From an uncultured Enterobacteriaceae bacterium (GTDB lineage Bacteria > Myxococcota_A > UBA796 > GCA-2862545), in NCBI GenBank assembly GCA_964655065.1, contig CAZZLC010000019.1:1-64000 (forward strand): DNA of 64,000 nt. The letters run 5' to 3'. The position numbers and the translations under genes were made by a program. Of this stretch, positions 38,413-47,137 are shown in pieces. The notes beneath the pieces are model-generated. The model ran no database searches. It had not been told where the DNA came from and saw only the letters and a list, made by a program, of their open reading frames with translations. Position 1 is the stretch's first letter. Every line of letters starts with the position of its first letter.

Positions 38413-39491
38413 TCCCGCTCGTGCTTTCTTTTTTCGCAGGGTGTGCCGTCAATGCCGAGCAGGCATCGAACACGGTGACGCCGGGGAAGCTCGCTTCAGC
38501 GACCGCCGCCCGCGTCGAGGTCGTGGTCCTCGAGTCGGGTGAGGCCAAGCTGGAGCTCGACCTGCCCGGCGAGGTCGGAGGCGAGCGTGACGCGAACCTC
38601 GCCGCGGCCAACGGCGGCTACGTCGAGCAGGTGTTCGTGTCCGACGGCCAGGAAGTCACGGCTGGCCAGGTCCTCGCCTACATCGACGCCTCGCTCTACC
38701 GGGCCCAGCTCGACCAGGCCACCGCGCAGCTCGAGCAGGCGGAGGCCGAGCTCTCGCGAGTCGAGAAGCTCGGCGACCTCGCCAGTCAAGCCCAGATCGA
38801 CGGTGTCACGACCCAGGCCAAGGTCTCCCGCGCGTCGCTCCGGCAAGCCCAGACCCGGCTCGCCCGAGCCGTCATCCGCGCGCCGTTCAGCGGGGTGGTG
38901 GCCGATGTGGCCGTCGAGGCCGGCGAATCCGTGGGACCGGGCACGCCGGTGATTCGCGTGGTCCAGCTCGACCCCGCGGTGGTGAACCTCTCAGTCGCCG
39001 ACCGAGACGTCGTCTCGCTCGAGCGGGGCATGCCGGTCGAGGTCACCGCCGCGTCGCGGTCCGAGACGTTCGACGGCACCGTCTCCCGGGTCTCGCCCGT
39101 CGCCGACCTGCGCACCCGTTCGTTCCCCGTCGAGGTCGAGGTCCCGAACGAGCGACGGCTCCTGCTGCCGGGCATGATCGCCCGGGTGAAGGCCGAGCGC
39201 CCTCTGTTCGAGGACGCGATGGTCATCCCGCAGGACTGGATCGTGACCAAGCGGGACCGCCGCGGTGTCTTCGTGGTCGAGGAGAACACGGCGGTGTGGC
39301 GCGACGTGAAGCTCGGCGAGGTCCTGCACGATCGCGTGCTCGTCACCGACGGGCTGGCCGCCGGCGACCGGGTCGTGGTCACCGGTCACCGCGATCTGGT
39401 CGACGGCGACGCGCTCGTCGTCTCCCGCGAGGGCCGTTGCTGTAGCGACGGTCGCACCACCTTTGGCAACCAGGTCGAACGGGAGCCCTGA
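38409..39491 (+). CDS. efflux RND periplasmic adaptor (membrane fusion protein), lipoprotein
   Basis: ATG at 38409. Lipobox 'LSFFAGCAV', followed by a coiled-coil hairpin ('YRAQLDQATAQLEQAEAELSRVEKL'), a lipoyl/beta-barrel region and a C-terminal 'VVVTGHRDLVDGDALVV'. Confidence 0.85.
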   Translation: MIPLVLSFFAGCAVNAEQASNTVTPGKLASATAARVEVVVLESGEAKLELDLPGEVGGERDANLAAANGGYVEQVFVSDGQEVTAGQVLAYIDASLYRAQLDQATAQLEQAEAELSRVEKLGDLASQAQIDGVTTQAKVSRASLRQAQTRLARAVIRAPFSGVVADVAVEAGESVGPGTPVIRVVQLDPAVVNLSVADRDVVSLERGMPVEVTAASRSETFDGTVSRVSPVADLRTRSFPVEVEVPNERRLLLPGMIARVKAERPLFEDAMVIPQDWIVTKRDRRGVFVVEENTAVWRDVKLGEVLHDRVLVTDGLAAGDRVVVTGHRDLVDGDALVVSREGRCCSDGRTTFGNQVEREP

Positions 39492-42400
39492 TGCGTTCCG
39501 CCATCCACTGGCTCGTCACGCACCCCACCACGATCGCGATTGCAGCGATCTGCGTCTTCCTCTTCGGGCTCAACTCCTACGTGAGCCTGCCGCGGGAGTC
39601 GTCGCCCGACATCACGATCCCCGTCGTGATCGTCACGACGCCGTACGTGGGGGTTTCGCCCGAGGACATCGAGTCCCTCGTCACCGTTCCGATGGAGAAC
39701 GAGCTCGCCTCGCTCAAGAACACCAAGGAGATGAGGTCGACGTCGGCCGAGGGCATCTCGATCGTCGTCATCGAGTTCGAGCCCGACACCGTGGTCGAGG
39801 ACGCCCTGCAGCGCGTCCGTGACCGGGTGGGACGGGTGCGTCCGACCTTGCCGGCCGACGCCGAGGATCCCTCGGTGCGGGAGATCTCGTTCTCCGACGT
39901 TCCGGTCGTGCTCATCACGCTCGCAGGACCGGTCGGCGAGGCGAAGCTGAAGGAGCTGGCCGAAGACCTCCAGGACGACCTCACTCGGGTGCCCGGGGTG
40001 CTCGAGGTCGAGCTGACCGGCGGCACCGAGCGCCAGATCACGGTGGAGGTCCTGCCCGAGCGGCTCTCGTACTACGGGTTCTCGCTCGACGACGTCACGA
40101 GCGCGATCAAGAACGAGAACGTCAACATCCCCGGCGGCAACATCGAGACCGGTCGCGGGAACTTCCTCCTCCGCACGCCCGGGGAGTTCGACGAGGCCCG
40201 CGAGGTGGAGCGCGTCGCGGTGAAGCGGGTCGGTGACCGTCCGGTGTTCGTCCGTGACCTCGCCCGCGTGGTCGACGGGTACGAGCCTCGGGAGACCTAC
40301 TCTCGACTCCGCGGCGAGGCCTCGGTGTCGCTCGCCATCAAGAAGCGGGCGGGCGCCAACATCCTCGACGTGACCACCATGGCCAAGGAGCTCGCCGAGG
40401 AGCATGCCCAGCGCTGGCCCGAGACCGTGAGCTGGCGAGCGCTCGGCGACCAGTCGAAGGCCATCCGCGACATGGTCAGCGACCTGCAGAACAACATCAT
40501 CACCGCCTTGCTGCTCGTCGTCGGCGTGATCGTGATGTTCATGGGCTGGCGACCGAGCGTGTTCGTGGCGGTGTCCATCCCGCTGTCGATGCTCGGCAGC
40601 ATGCTGGTGCTCGAGGTGCTGGGCTTCACGCTCAACATGGTGGTGCTGTTCAGCCTGATCCTCGCGCTGGGGATGCTCGTCGACAACGCAATCGTCGTCG
40701 TCGAGAACGTCTACCGTCACAAGGAGATGGGCAAGGACAACATCCAAGCTGCGGTCGACGGCACCGAGGAGGTCGCGGTCGCCGTCGCGGCGAGCACGGC
40801 GACGACCGTGGCCGCCTTCCTCCCGCTCGTGTTCTGGACCGGCATCATGGGCGAGTTCATGGGGTTCCTGCCCAAGACGGTGATCATCGTGCTGATGATG
40901 TCGCTCGTGGTCGCCGTGGGTGTGCTTCCCGTGTTGATGGGCCGGCTTCTGCCGCAGCAGGTGGACGCGAAGGACCTGAAGGACGGCGAGCTCCGCAACG
41001 CCGAGCTCGACCCGATCATGGACCGCTACCGGACGTTCCTCCGGAGCTCGATCCGATGGCGCTACTCCACGTTTGCCATCGGGGCCTCGGCCTTCCTCGT
41101 CACCTTCGGGATCTACTGGTTCCTCAACCACGGCACCGAGTTCTTCCCCTCGACCGAGCCCGAGCGAGCCATCGTGGGGGTGCAGCTGCCGCAGGGCTCC
41201 GATGTCGACACCACCGACCAGGTGGTGCGCGCCGTCGAGCTCGTGCTGGCTTCGGAGGCCAACGTCGACACCTGGGCGGCCGACGTCGGCGTGAGCTCGG
41301 GCGGAAACCAGCTGCAGGGCTCGAGCGCGCGGCCAAACGAGGCGCGCGTCACCGTCGACTTCCTCCCCGACCGGAACACCGCCAAGCCCGGCGAGGCCCA
41401 GCGTATCGAACCCACGTCGCTCACCGTCGACCGACTCCGCGCGAAGCTGCAGGAGCTGCCCGGGGCCAAGATCACGGTCGAGCCACAGGTCATGGGGCCG
41501 CCCGTCGGCAAGGACATCAACATCGAGGTCTCGGGCGAGGACTACGACGAGATCGGGGAGATCGTGCTCAAGCTGCGCCGCGAGCTCGAGAACACCGTCG
41601 CCGGACTCGCCGACGTCGACGACAACTACGGGGTGGGCCGACCCGAGCTGCGGCTGCGCATCGACCGCGGAGCCGCCAAGCGAGTCGGGGTCAGCACGGC
41701 GTCCATCGGCAACGCGGTCCGCACCGCCATCGCGGGCGGGGTGGCCACCACCCTGCGCGAGGGTGAGGACGAGATCGACATCGTGGTGCAGCTCACCCCG
41801 GAGTACCGGGAGGATCTGCAGCGCGTCCTCGATCTCCGTCTGCCCGGCCGCGAGGACACCAGCCCCGACACCTTCCCCGTGCCCATCTCCGCCGTGGCGT
41901 CCTACGAGCTCGTCGGAGGGTCGTCGGGCATCAACCACATCGACCAGGACATGGTCGTGACCATCACGGGCGACGTCGCCGAGGGCTTCAACGCCAACGA
42001 GGTCCGGGGCGACGTCCAGGCGTTCCTCGACGGGTACGACTTCCCGAGCGGGGTGACCACCGCCCTCACCGGGGCCAACGAGGAGCAGGACGAGTCGCTG
42101 CAGTTCCTGGTTCGAGCCTTCTTCATCGCCGTCGCGTTGATCCTGCTCGTCCTGGTGACCCAGTTCGACAGCATCACCATGCCGGCGATCATCCTCGCCA
42201 CGGTGGTGCTGTCGCTCATCGGCGTGCTGTGGGGGCTGCTGGTCACCGGGACGCCCTTCGGCATCATGATGACGGGGATCGGCGTCATCTCGCTCGCCGG
42301 GGTCGTGGTCAACAACGCGATCGTGCTTCTCGACTACGTGCAGCAGCTCCAGGGCAGGGGGCTCTCCACGGAGGAGGCGCTGGTCGAGGCGGGGCTCACC

Positions 42401-44041
42401 CGCTTCCGCCCCGTCATGCTGACCGCGATCACCACCGCGCTCGGGCTGCTCCCGATGGCGCTCGGCGCCTCGTTCGACTTCTTCGAGCTCAAGCTGATCC
42501 TGGGCAGCAACTCGGCGGCGTTCTGGGGCCCCATGGCGATTGCCGTGATCTTCGGGTTGTCCTTCGCGACGGTGCTCACCCTGGTGATGGTGCCCGTTCT
42601 GTTCAGCATCAACGAGGACCTTCGCCACCGCTTGTTCCCGCGCCGCGCCGCCGCGACCGTCGCGGCCGCGATCCCGTTCGCCCTGCTCGTGCTCGTGCCG
42701 AGCGACGCGCGCGCGCTCACGCTGGACGAGGCCTGGCGCGCGGCGGAGCAGGAAGACCTCTCGCTCCTCATCGCCAAGGAGGACCTGGTCCAGACGAGCA
42801 CCCTCGTCGGCCAGGCCTGGGCGACCCTGTCGCCGACCCTGGCGACCAGCGCGACCTACGTGATCAACAACCAGGAGATCGTGCTCGACTTCGACGCGAG
42901 CGAGCAACAGCGGCAGCTCGGCGAGGCGCTGAACCCCATCCTCGAGTCGGTCGGCCAGCCTCCCGCGCTGCCCACCGAGAACTGCGGCCCCAACGAGACG
43001 CCGGACGGCGATTTCTGCCTCGAGCAGGGCGAACCCATCGTCGTGCAGGAGCAGTTCTTCTGGCAGGGCGACATCACGCTGCGGCAGACCCTGTTCAGCG
43101 GCGCGGCGTTCCCCGCCCTGCAGTCCGCCCAGCGTCTCACCGCCGCTGCGCGAGCCGACGTCCGCGATGCCACGCTGCGCTCCAAGGCCAACGTGGCCCG
43201 AGCCTACTACGGGCTGCTCGCTGCCCAGCAGGGGGTCCGGGTGTCCGAGAAGGCGCTCGACCTGGCGACCGCGCAGCTCGAGCTCGCCCAGCGTCGGCGG
43301 GACGCCGGGATCACCGACCGTCGCGCGCTCGTGTCCGCGCAGCTCGGGGTCAGCCAGGCGCAGCGCGATCTCGAGTCCGCACGCGAGGGCCTGGTCGACG
43401 CCGAGACCTCGTTCGAGCTCCTCACCGGGCTGCGCGACCAGTCCCTCGAGATGCCTCCGCCCTTCGTGGTCCCCGCCGAGCTCGACTCGGCGGTGTCCAC
43501 GGCGCTCGCCCAGCGCCCCGATCTGCAGGCGGCCGAGCTCCGGGTCCGCGCCCTCAGGGCCGAGAAGGTCGCCCAGAGCATGCGGTGGATGCCGCGAATC
43601 GACGGTATCGGCTCGATCGACTTCACCCAGAACGTCGGGTTCAACGACCGGAACACGACCTGGCGCATTGCGCTCACCGCGTCCTGGGACATCTGGGACG
43701 GCGGGTTTCGCATCGCCGACCGGCGCAACGCCGCGAGCCGCATGCGGGCGGCGCAGTATGCCCAGCAACTCCAGGAGCGGCAGGCCGAGCGCGAGGTGAA
43801 GGTCGCGTTCGAGTCCCACCGTCGCGCCCTCGCGGCCGTGGTGGCGGTCGAGGACGAGCAGTCGCTCGCCGACGAGAACCTCCTGCTCACCGAGCGGAGC
43901 TTCGAGGCAGGCAGCGCGACCTGGCTCGAGCTCGAGCAGGCTCGGCTCCAGGTGGAGGCCACGGCGCTGTCGCTGCTCCAGGAGCGCACCGCCCGCGACC
44001 TTGCCGCGATCGACCTGCTGGTCCGGACCGGCGCCCTCTGA
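39491..44041 (+). CDS. RND efflux transporter (AcrB-like, 12 TM) fused in-frame to a TolC-like outer membrane factor domain (1516 aa)
   Basis: Residues 1-~1045 are a typical HAE-type RND pump, with conserved 'LGMLVDNAIVVVENV' and 'GVVVNNAIVLLDYV' TM4/TM10 blocks. Residues ~1053-1516 are collinear with OMF/TolC repeats ('LTLDEAWRAAEQEDLSLLIAKEDL...', '...DLAAIDLLVRTGAL'). No stop codon separates them. The junction segment 'RRAAATVAAAIPFALLVLVPSDARA' resembles a signal peptide. Confidence 0.85.
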   Translation: MRSAIHWLVTHPTTIAIAAICVFLFGLNSYVSLPRESSPDITIPVVIVTTPYVGVSPEDIESLVTVPMENELASLKNTKEMRSTSAEGISIVVIEFEPDTVVEDALQRVRDRVGRVRPTLPADAEDPSVREISFSDVPVVLITLAGPVGEAKLKELAEDLQDDLTRVPGVLEVELTGGTERQITVEVLPERLSYYGFSLDDVTSAIKNENVNIPGGNIETGRGNFLLRTPGEFDEAREVERVAVKRVGDRPVFVRDLARVVDGYEPRETYSRLRGEASVSLAIKKRAGANILDVTTMAKELAEEHAQRWPETVSWRALGDQSKAIRDMVSDLQNNIITALLLVVGVIVMFMGWRPSVFVAVSIPLSMLGSMLVLEVLGFTLNMVVLFSLILALGMLVDNAIVVVENVYRHKEMGKDNIQAAVDGTEEVAVAVAASTATTVAAFLPLVFWTGIMGEFMGFLPKTVIIVLMMSLVVAVGVLPVLMGRLLPQQVDAKDLKDGELRNAELDPIMDRYRTFLRSSIRWRYSTFAIGASAFLVTFGIYWFLNHGTEFFPSTEPERAIVGVQLPQGSDVDTTDQVVRAVELVLASEANVDTWAADVGVSSGGNQLQGSSARPNEARVTVDFLPDRNTAKPGEAQRIEPTSLTVDRLRAKLQELPGAKITVEPQVMGPPVGKDINIEVSGEDYDEIGEIVLKLRRELENTVAGLADVDDNYGVGRPELRLRIDRGAAKRVGVSTASIGNAVRTAIAGGVATTLREGEDEIDIVVQLTPEYREDLQRVLDLRLPGREDTSPDTFPVPISAVASYELVGGSSGINHIDQDMVVTITGDVAEGFNANEVRGDVQAFLDGYDFPSGVTTALTGANEEQDESLQFLVRAFFIAVALILLVLVTQFDSITMPAIILATVVLSLIGVLWGLLVTGTPFGIMMTGIGVISLAGVVVNNAIVLLDYVQQLQGRGLSTEEALVEAGLTRFRPVMLTAITTALGLLPMALGASFDFFELKLILGSNSAAFWGPMAIAVIFGLSFATVLTLVMVPVLFSINEDLRHRLFPRRAAATVAAAIPFALLVLVPSDARALTLDEAWRAAEQEDLSLLIAKEDLVQTSTLVGQAWATLSPTLATSATYVINNQEIVLDFDASEQQRQLGEALNPILESVGQPPALPTENCGPNETPDGDFCLEQGEPIVVQEQFFWQGDITLRQTLFSGAAFPALQSAQRLTAAARADVRDATLRSKANVARAYYGLLAAQQGVRVSEKALDLATAQLELAQRRRDAGITDRRALVSAQLGVSQAQRDLESAREGLVDAETSFELLTGLRDQSLEMPPPFVVPAELDSAVSTALAQRPDLQAAELRVRALRAEKVAQSMRWMPRIDGIGSIDFTQNVGFNDRNTTWRIALTASWDIWDGGFRIADRRNAASRMRAAQYAQQLQERQAEREVKVAFESHRRALAAVVAVEDEQSLADENLLLTERSFEAGSATWLELEQARLQVEATALSLLQERTARDLAAIDLLVRTGAL

Positions 44042-44085
44042 TACCGGCATCCCGCACCCGAGGTGGGTGATCCCGGGGAGAGACG

Positions 44086-45234
44086 ATGAAGATCGCACTG
44101 TTCAGCGTGCTGCTCGCTGGCTGCACCCAGTTCGACGCGGTGGAGGATGCCTGTCACCCCGAGGGCCGGGTGCCCGGAGCCGAGGAAGGGACGCTCGAGG
44201 CCTCCGCGATCGATGCGATGAACTGCTACCGCAGGCTCTCGGGCCTCGGCCGGGCCAACGTCGCCTCGACCATCCAGGACGCGCTCGTGGGGCACGCGAG
44301 CTACGTGCTGCAGAACCCGGACGCCGAGCGGGTGTTCGGCCCCGACGGGCCTACCGCCTACCTCGTACAGGATGCGACCGAGCCCGGCTTCACGGGTGCG
44401 CGGGCCGCGACCCGCTTCGATCGCGCCGGCTACGTGTTCACCGACCCCGACGCCGTGTCCGTGCGCGAGGTGCTCTACGTCGCGTGGAGGGGCGCGGGAC
44501 TCCCACTCAACGACGCCGATGGCAACCTGCTGTCCGGGGGGGCAGCGATGGACGAGCTCCTGCGCCGGGCCGACTTCCGCGAGGTCGCGATGCAGCGGTC
44601 GTGGGTCGACGGCGGCTACACCGAGATCGAACTCGACGAGGACTGGTGGGGAAGGTCCGGTCTCTGCGACGTCCGCGCCGACCTCTGCGACAACGGCCCC
44701 CGCGTGCCCCCGGGCTTCGAGGGACGCGCCTATTACCTCGCCGTGGTCCACACCGACCCGCCGGCCCAGCGCACGCTCCTCCCGTTCTCGTTCCCCAAGC
44801 TGGACCAGGTCGCGGTGCCGCTGTTCTCGCCGTCGTTCGACCTCGACGATGCCGACCCCCTCACGGGAGTCGGAGCGTCCGTGCAGATCAGCTACCCCAT
44901 CTCGATCTTCGGCAACGCGTCCGACCCCGAGACCGCCGACCTCGCCGCCCAGAACGTCTACGGCATGTCGTTCGAGAACGCGCGGGTCGCCGACGAAGAC
45001 GGGGTTCGCTACGAAACCCGCGTGGTGCTTCCCGGCGACTCGGCGTCGGGGCGGTACCCCTCGGGCATCAACCTCCGGCGGAGCGCCGCGGTCTACATCG
45101 ACCGGCCCTTCGCGCCGTCGACGACCTACTTCTTCACGGGTGAGCTCACCACGAACGAGGCGATCTACGACGTCGCCTTCTCGTTCACGACCGCGGACGG
45201 CGACGAGGGGCTCCTCCCGGACGGTGCCTTCTGA
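44086..45234 (+). CDS. hypothetical lipoprotein
   Basis: ATG at 44086 with a GGGGAGAG RBS. Lipobox 'LLAGCT'. The 382-aa protein has Asp-rich, non-biased composition. Confidence 0.6.
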   Translation: MKIALFSVLLAGCTQFDAVEDACHPEGRVPGAEEGTLEASAIDAMNCYRRLSGLGRANVASTIQDALVGHASYVLQNPDAERVFGPDGPTAYLVQDATEPGFTGARAATRFDRAGYVFTDPDAVSVREVLYVAWRGAGLPLNDADGNLLSGGAAMDELLRRADFREVAMQRSWVDGGYTEIELDEDWWGRSGLCDVRADLCDNGPRVPPGFEGRAYYLAVVHTDPPAQRTLLPFSFPKLDQVAVPLFSPSFDLDDADPLTGVGASVQISYPISIFGNASDPETADLAAQNVYGMSFENARVADEDGVRYETRVVLPGDSASGRYPSGINLRRSAAVYIDRPFAPSTTYFFTGELTTNEAIYDVAFSFTTADGDEGLLPDGAF

Positions 45235-46100
45235 TGCACGCGGTGACCCGGCCGCCTGCCCCGTTCGAGACGGCCGACGGTGCGCTGCGGGTCCACCTCG
45301 TGCCCGATGCGCGCGACAACCTGGTGTGGATCGCACAGTGCGTGGCCACCGGGCGCGCGGTCATCGTCGACGGTCCCACGGCCGGACCGGCGCTCGAGCA
45401 CGCCGCCGCCCACGGTATCGATGTGGTCGGCGTGTGGAACACCCACACCCACGGCGATCACGTGGGGGTGAACCACGATCTGCAGCGCCGTGGTCGGCTG
45501 GACGGGCTCGAGGTGGTGGGGCCGGCGAAGCGGGCGAGCGAGATCCCGGGGCTCACCACGCCGGTCGGCGAGGGCGACGTGGTGCGTATCGGCGAGGTCG
45601 AGGGTCGGGTGATGCTCACCGAAGGCCACCTCGACGGTCACGTCTCCTACGTGGTCGGTGATGTCCTCTTCTGCGGCGACACCCTGTTCGCGGGCGGCTG
45701 TGGGTACCTGTTCGACGGGCCTCCGAGCAAGATGTTCGACTCGCTGACGAGGCTGGCTGCCCTGCCCGGCGAGACCCGGGTCTGCTGCGCGCACGAGTAC
45801 ACGCAGGACAACCTGCGGTTCGCCTGGTCGGTCGAGCCCGACAACGAGGCTCTCGCCGAACGCATCCGACGCGTGTGGACGATCCGGGGCGAGGGCGGAA
45901 GTGCGGTTCCCTCGACCATCGAGGAGGAACGAGCCACCAACCCGTTCCTCCGGCCCGGCTCCCCGAGCCTGCTCGCCGCGTTGGCGGCCGCGGACGCCGA
46001 AGCCGACCTCACGACCCCCGAGCGCGTGTTCGCCGCGACACGCCGCCTCAAGGACACCAAGGCCTACCGCAGCCGGGGTGACGAGACGCTGCCGCTGTGA
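45234..46100 (+). CDS. gloB: hydroxyacylglutathione hydrolase (glyoxalase II), MBL fold
   Basis: Metallo-beta-lactamase motif 'WNTHTHGDHVGVN', the GloB-type 'EGHLDGHVSY' block and the C-terminal substrate-binding region. ATG at 45234 overlaps the upstream stop (TGATG). Confidence 0.85.
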   Translation: MHAVTRPPAPFETADGALRVHLVPDARDNLVWIAQCVATGRAVIVDGPTAGPALEHAAAHGIDVVGVWNTHTHGDHVGVNHDLQRRGRLDGLEVVGPAKRASEIPGLTTPVGEGDVVRIGEVEGRVMLTEGHLDGHVSYVVGDVLFCGDTLFAGGCGYLFDGPPSKMFDSLTRLAALPGETRVCCAHEYTQDNLRFAWSVEPDNEALAERIRRVWTIRGEGGSAVPSTIEEERATNPFLRPGSPSLLAALAAADAEADLTTPERVFAATRRLKDTKAYRSRGDETLPL

Positions 46101-46106
46101 CGCGCA

Positions 46107-47012
46107 TCAGTCTTCGAGGATGTCCTCGGGTGCGCTGAACCGCAAGGCGATCTGGTGCACGAGCGTCCGCCAGGCGAAGTCCTGGCCAGCGATGGGCATC
46201 AGCAGCGCGTAGTCGAGCCCGCCGCCCCGCTTGGTGACCAGCCCGAAGCCAGCGGTCAGTCTCGTCCGGGAGATGGGGCCGTCGCGAAACACGCCGAGAC
46301 GCACCCGCGAGGTCTCGGAGGGGGCGAGCTCGGCCCCTACGGCCACGGTGACCGGCGAGTCGGCGATCGGATCGCGGCTCGCCCACACGTTCGCCTCCAG
46401 CGCCAACCGGTCCGCCGCGTCGATCCGGCCGCCGAACACGAAGGAGAGCGCTCGGTCCTGGGGGGAGTCGATCGGCACGAAGTTGCGCACCCCGACCCCG
46501 AGCGTGACCCAGTCGACGGGGCGCAGGCCGACCCCCACGTGGAGGTCGGCGGTGGACCCGCGGCCGTCTCGGTCGTGGTTGAACCGCGAGAACAGCAGCC
46601 CTGCCCCCACCGAGAGCCGGCGGTTCAGCACGGGGACGCCGAACGCCAAGGTGAAGTCGTCCTCCCGGCGGCGGTTCTCCAGCTCTTCGCCAGGGAGGCT
46701 CCAGCCAGGGAGCTGGCTCTGCCGCAGCTCCGGGTCGAACCGGTCGCCGGCGTAGGCGAGTCCGGCGCCGAAGCGCTTGGACGTGCGCGCATCGAGCGCA
46801 GTGGCTGCCCACTGGAGATCCCCTTCGGGACCGAAGCGCACGTGGGCGTGGAAGTCGTAGCGCTCCACGAGCCCGATGAGGCCGGGATTGAGCGTGATGG
46901 CGGCGTTGTCGTGGGGCGAGGCGACGCCGGTGCCGCCCATGGCGGCCGAGTTGGCCCCCTGGACCACGTCGGCCGCGAGTGCCGTCGCGCCCACGAAGAG
47001 GAGATTCACCAT
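46107..47012 (-). CDS. putative outer-membrane beta-barrel protein
   Basis: ATG at 47012 has an AGGAG RBS. Signal peptide 'MVNLLFVGATALAA', followed by an amphipathic beta-strand pattern throughout. It is divergent from priA. Confidence 0.55.
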   Translation of the reverse strand: MVNLLFVGATALAADVVQGANSAAMGGTGVASPHDNAAITLNPGLIGLVERYDFHAHVRFGPEGDLQWAATALDARTSKRFGAGLAYAGDRFDPELRQSQLPGWSLPGEELENRRREDDFTLAFGVPVLNRRLSVGAGLLFSRFNHDRDGRGSTADLHVGVGLRPVDWVTLGVGVRNFVPIDSPQDRALSFVFGGRIDAADRLALEANVWASRDPIADSPVTVAVGAELAPSETSRVRLGVFRDGPISRTRLTAGFGLVTKRGGGLDYALLMPIAGQDFAWRTLVHQIALRFSAPEDILED

Positions 47013-47137
47013 CCGAACGGGCTCCTGGTGGTGTCCCCACGGGTACCTCGGTCCCCGGGGCAGGTCCAACGGACCTGGTCATTCGTGACCGGGCGTCGGC
47101 GGACAGATGCGGGCCCCCCTGGGCGTTACCCGGAGAC

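Noticed and set aside
39386-44098. 1570-aa ORF on the minus strand antisense to the first RND-OMF gene
   Set aside because: Composition is extreme Arg/Gly/His/Asp/Glu low-complexity, typical of antisense frames in 70% GC DNA. The sense strand carries unmistakable RND and OMF homology.
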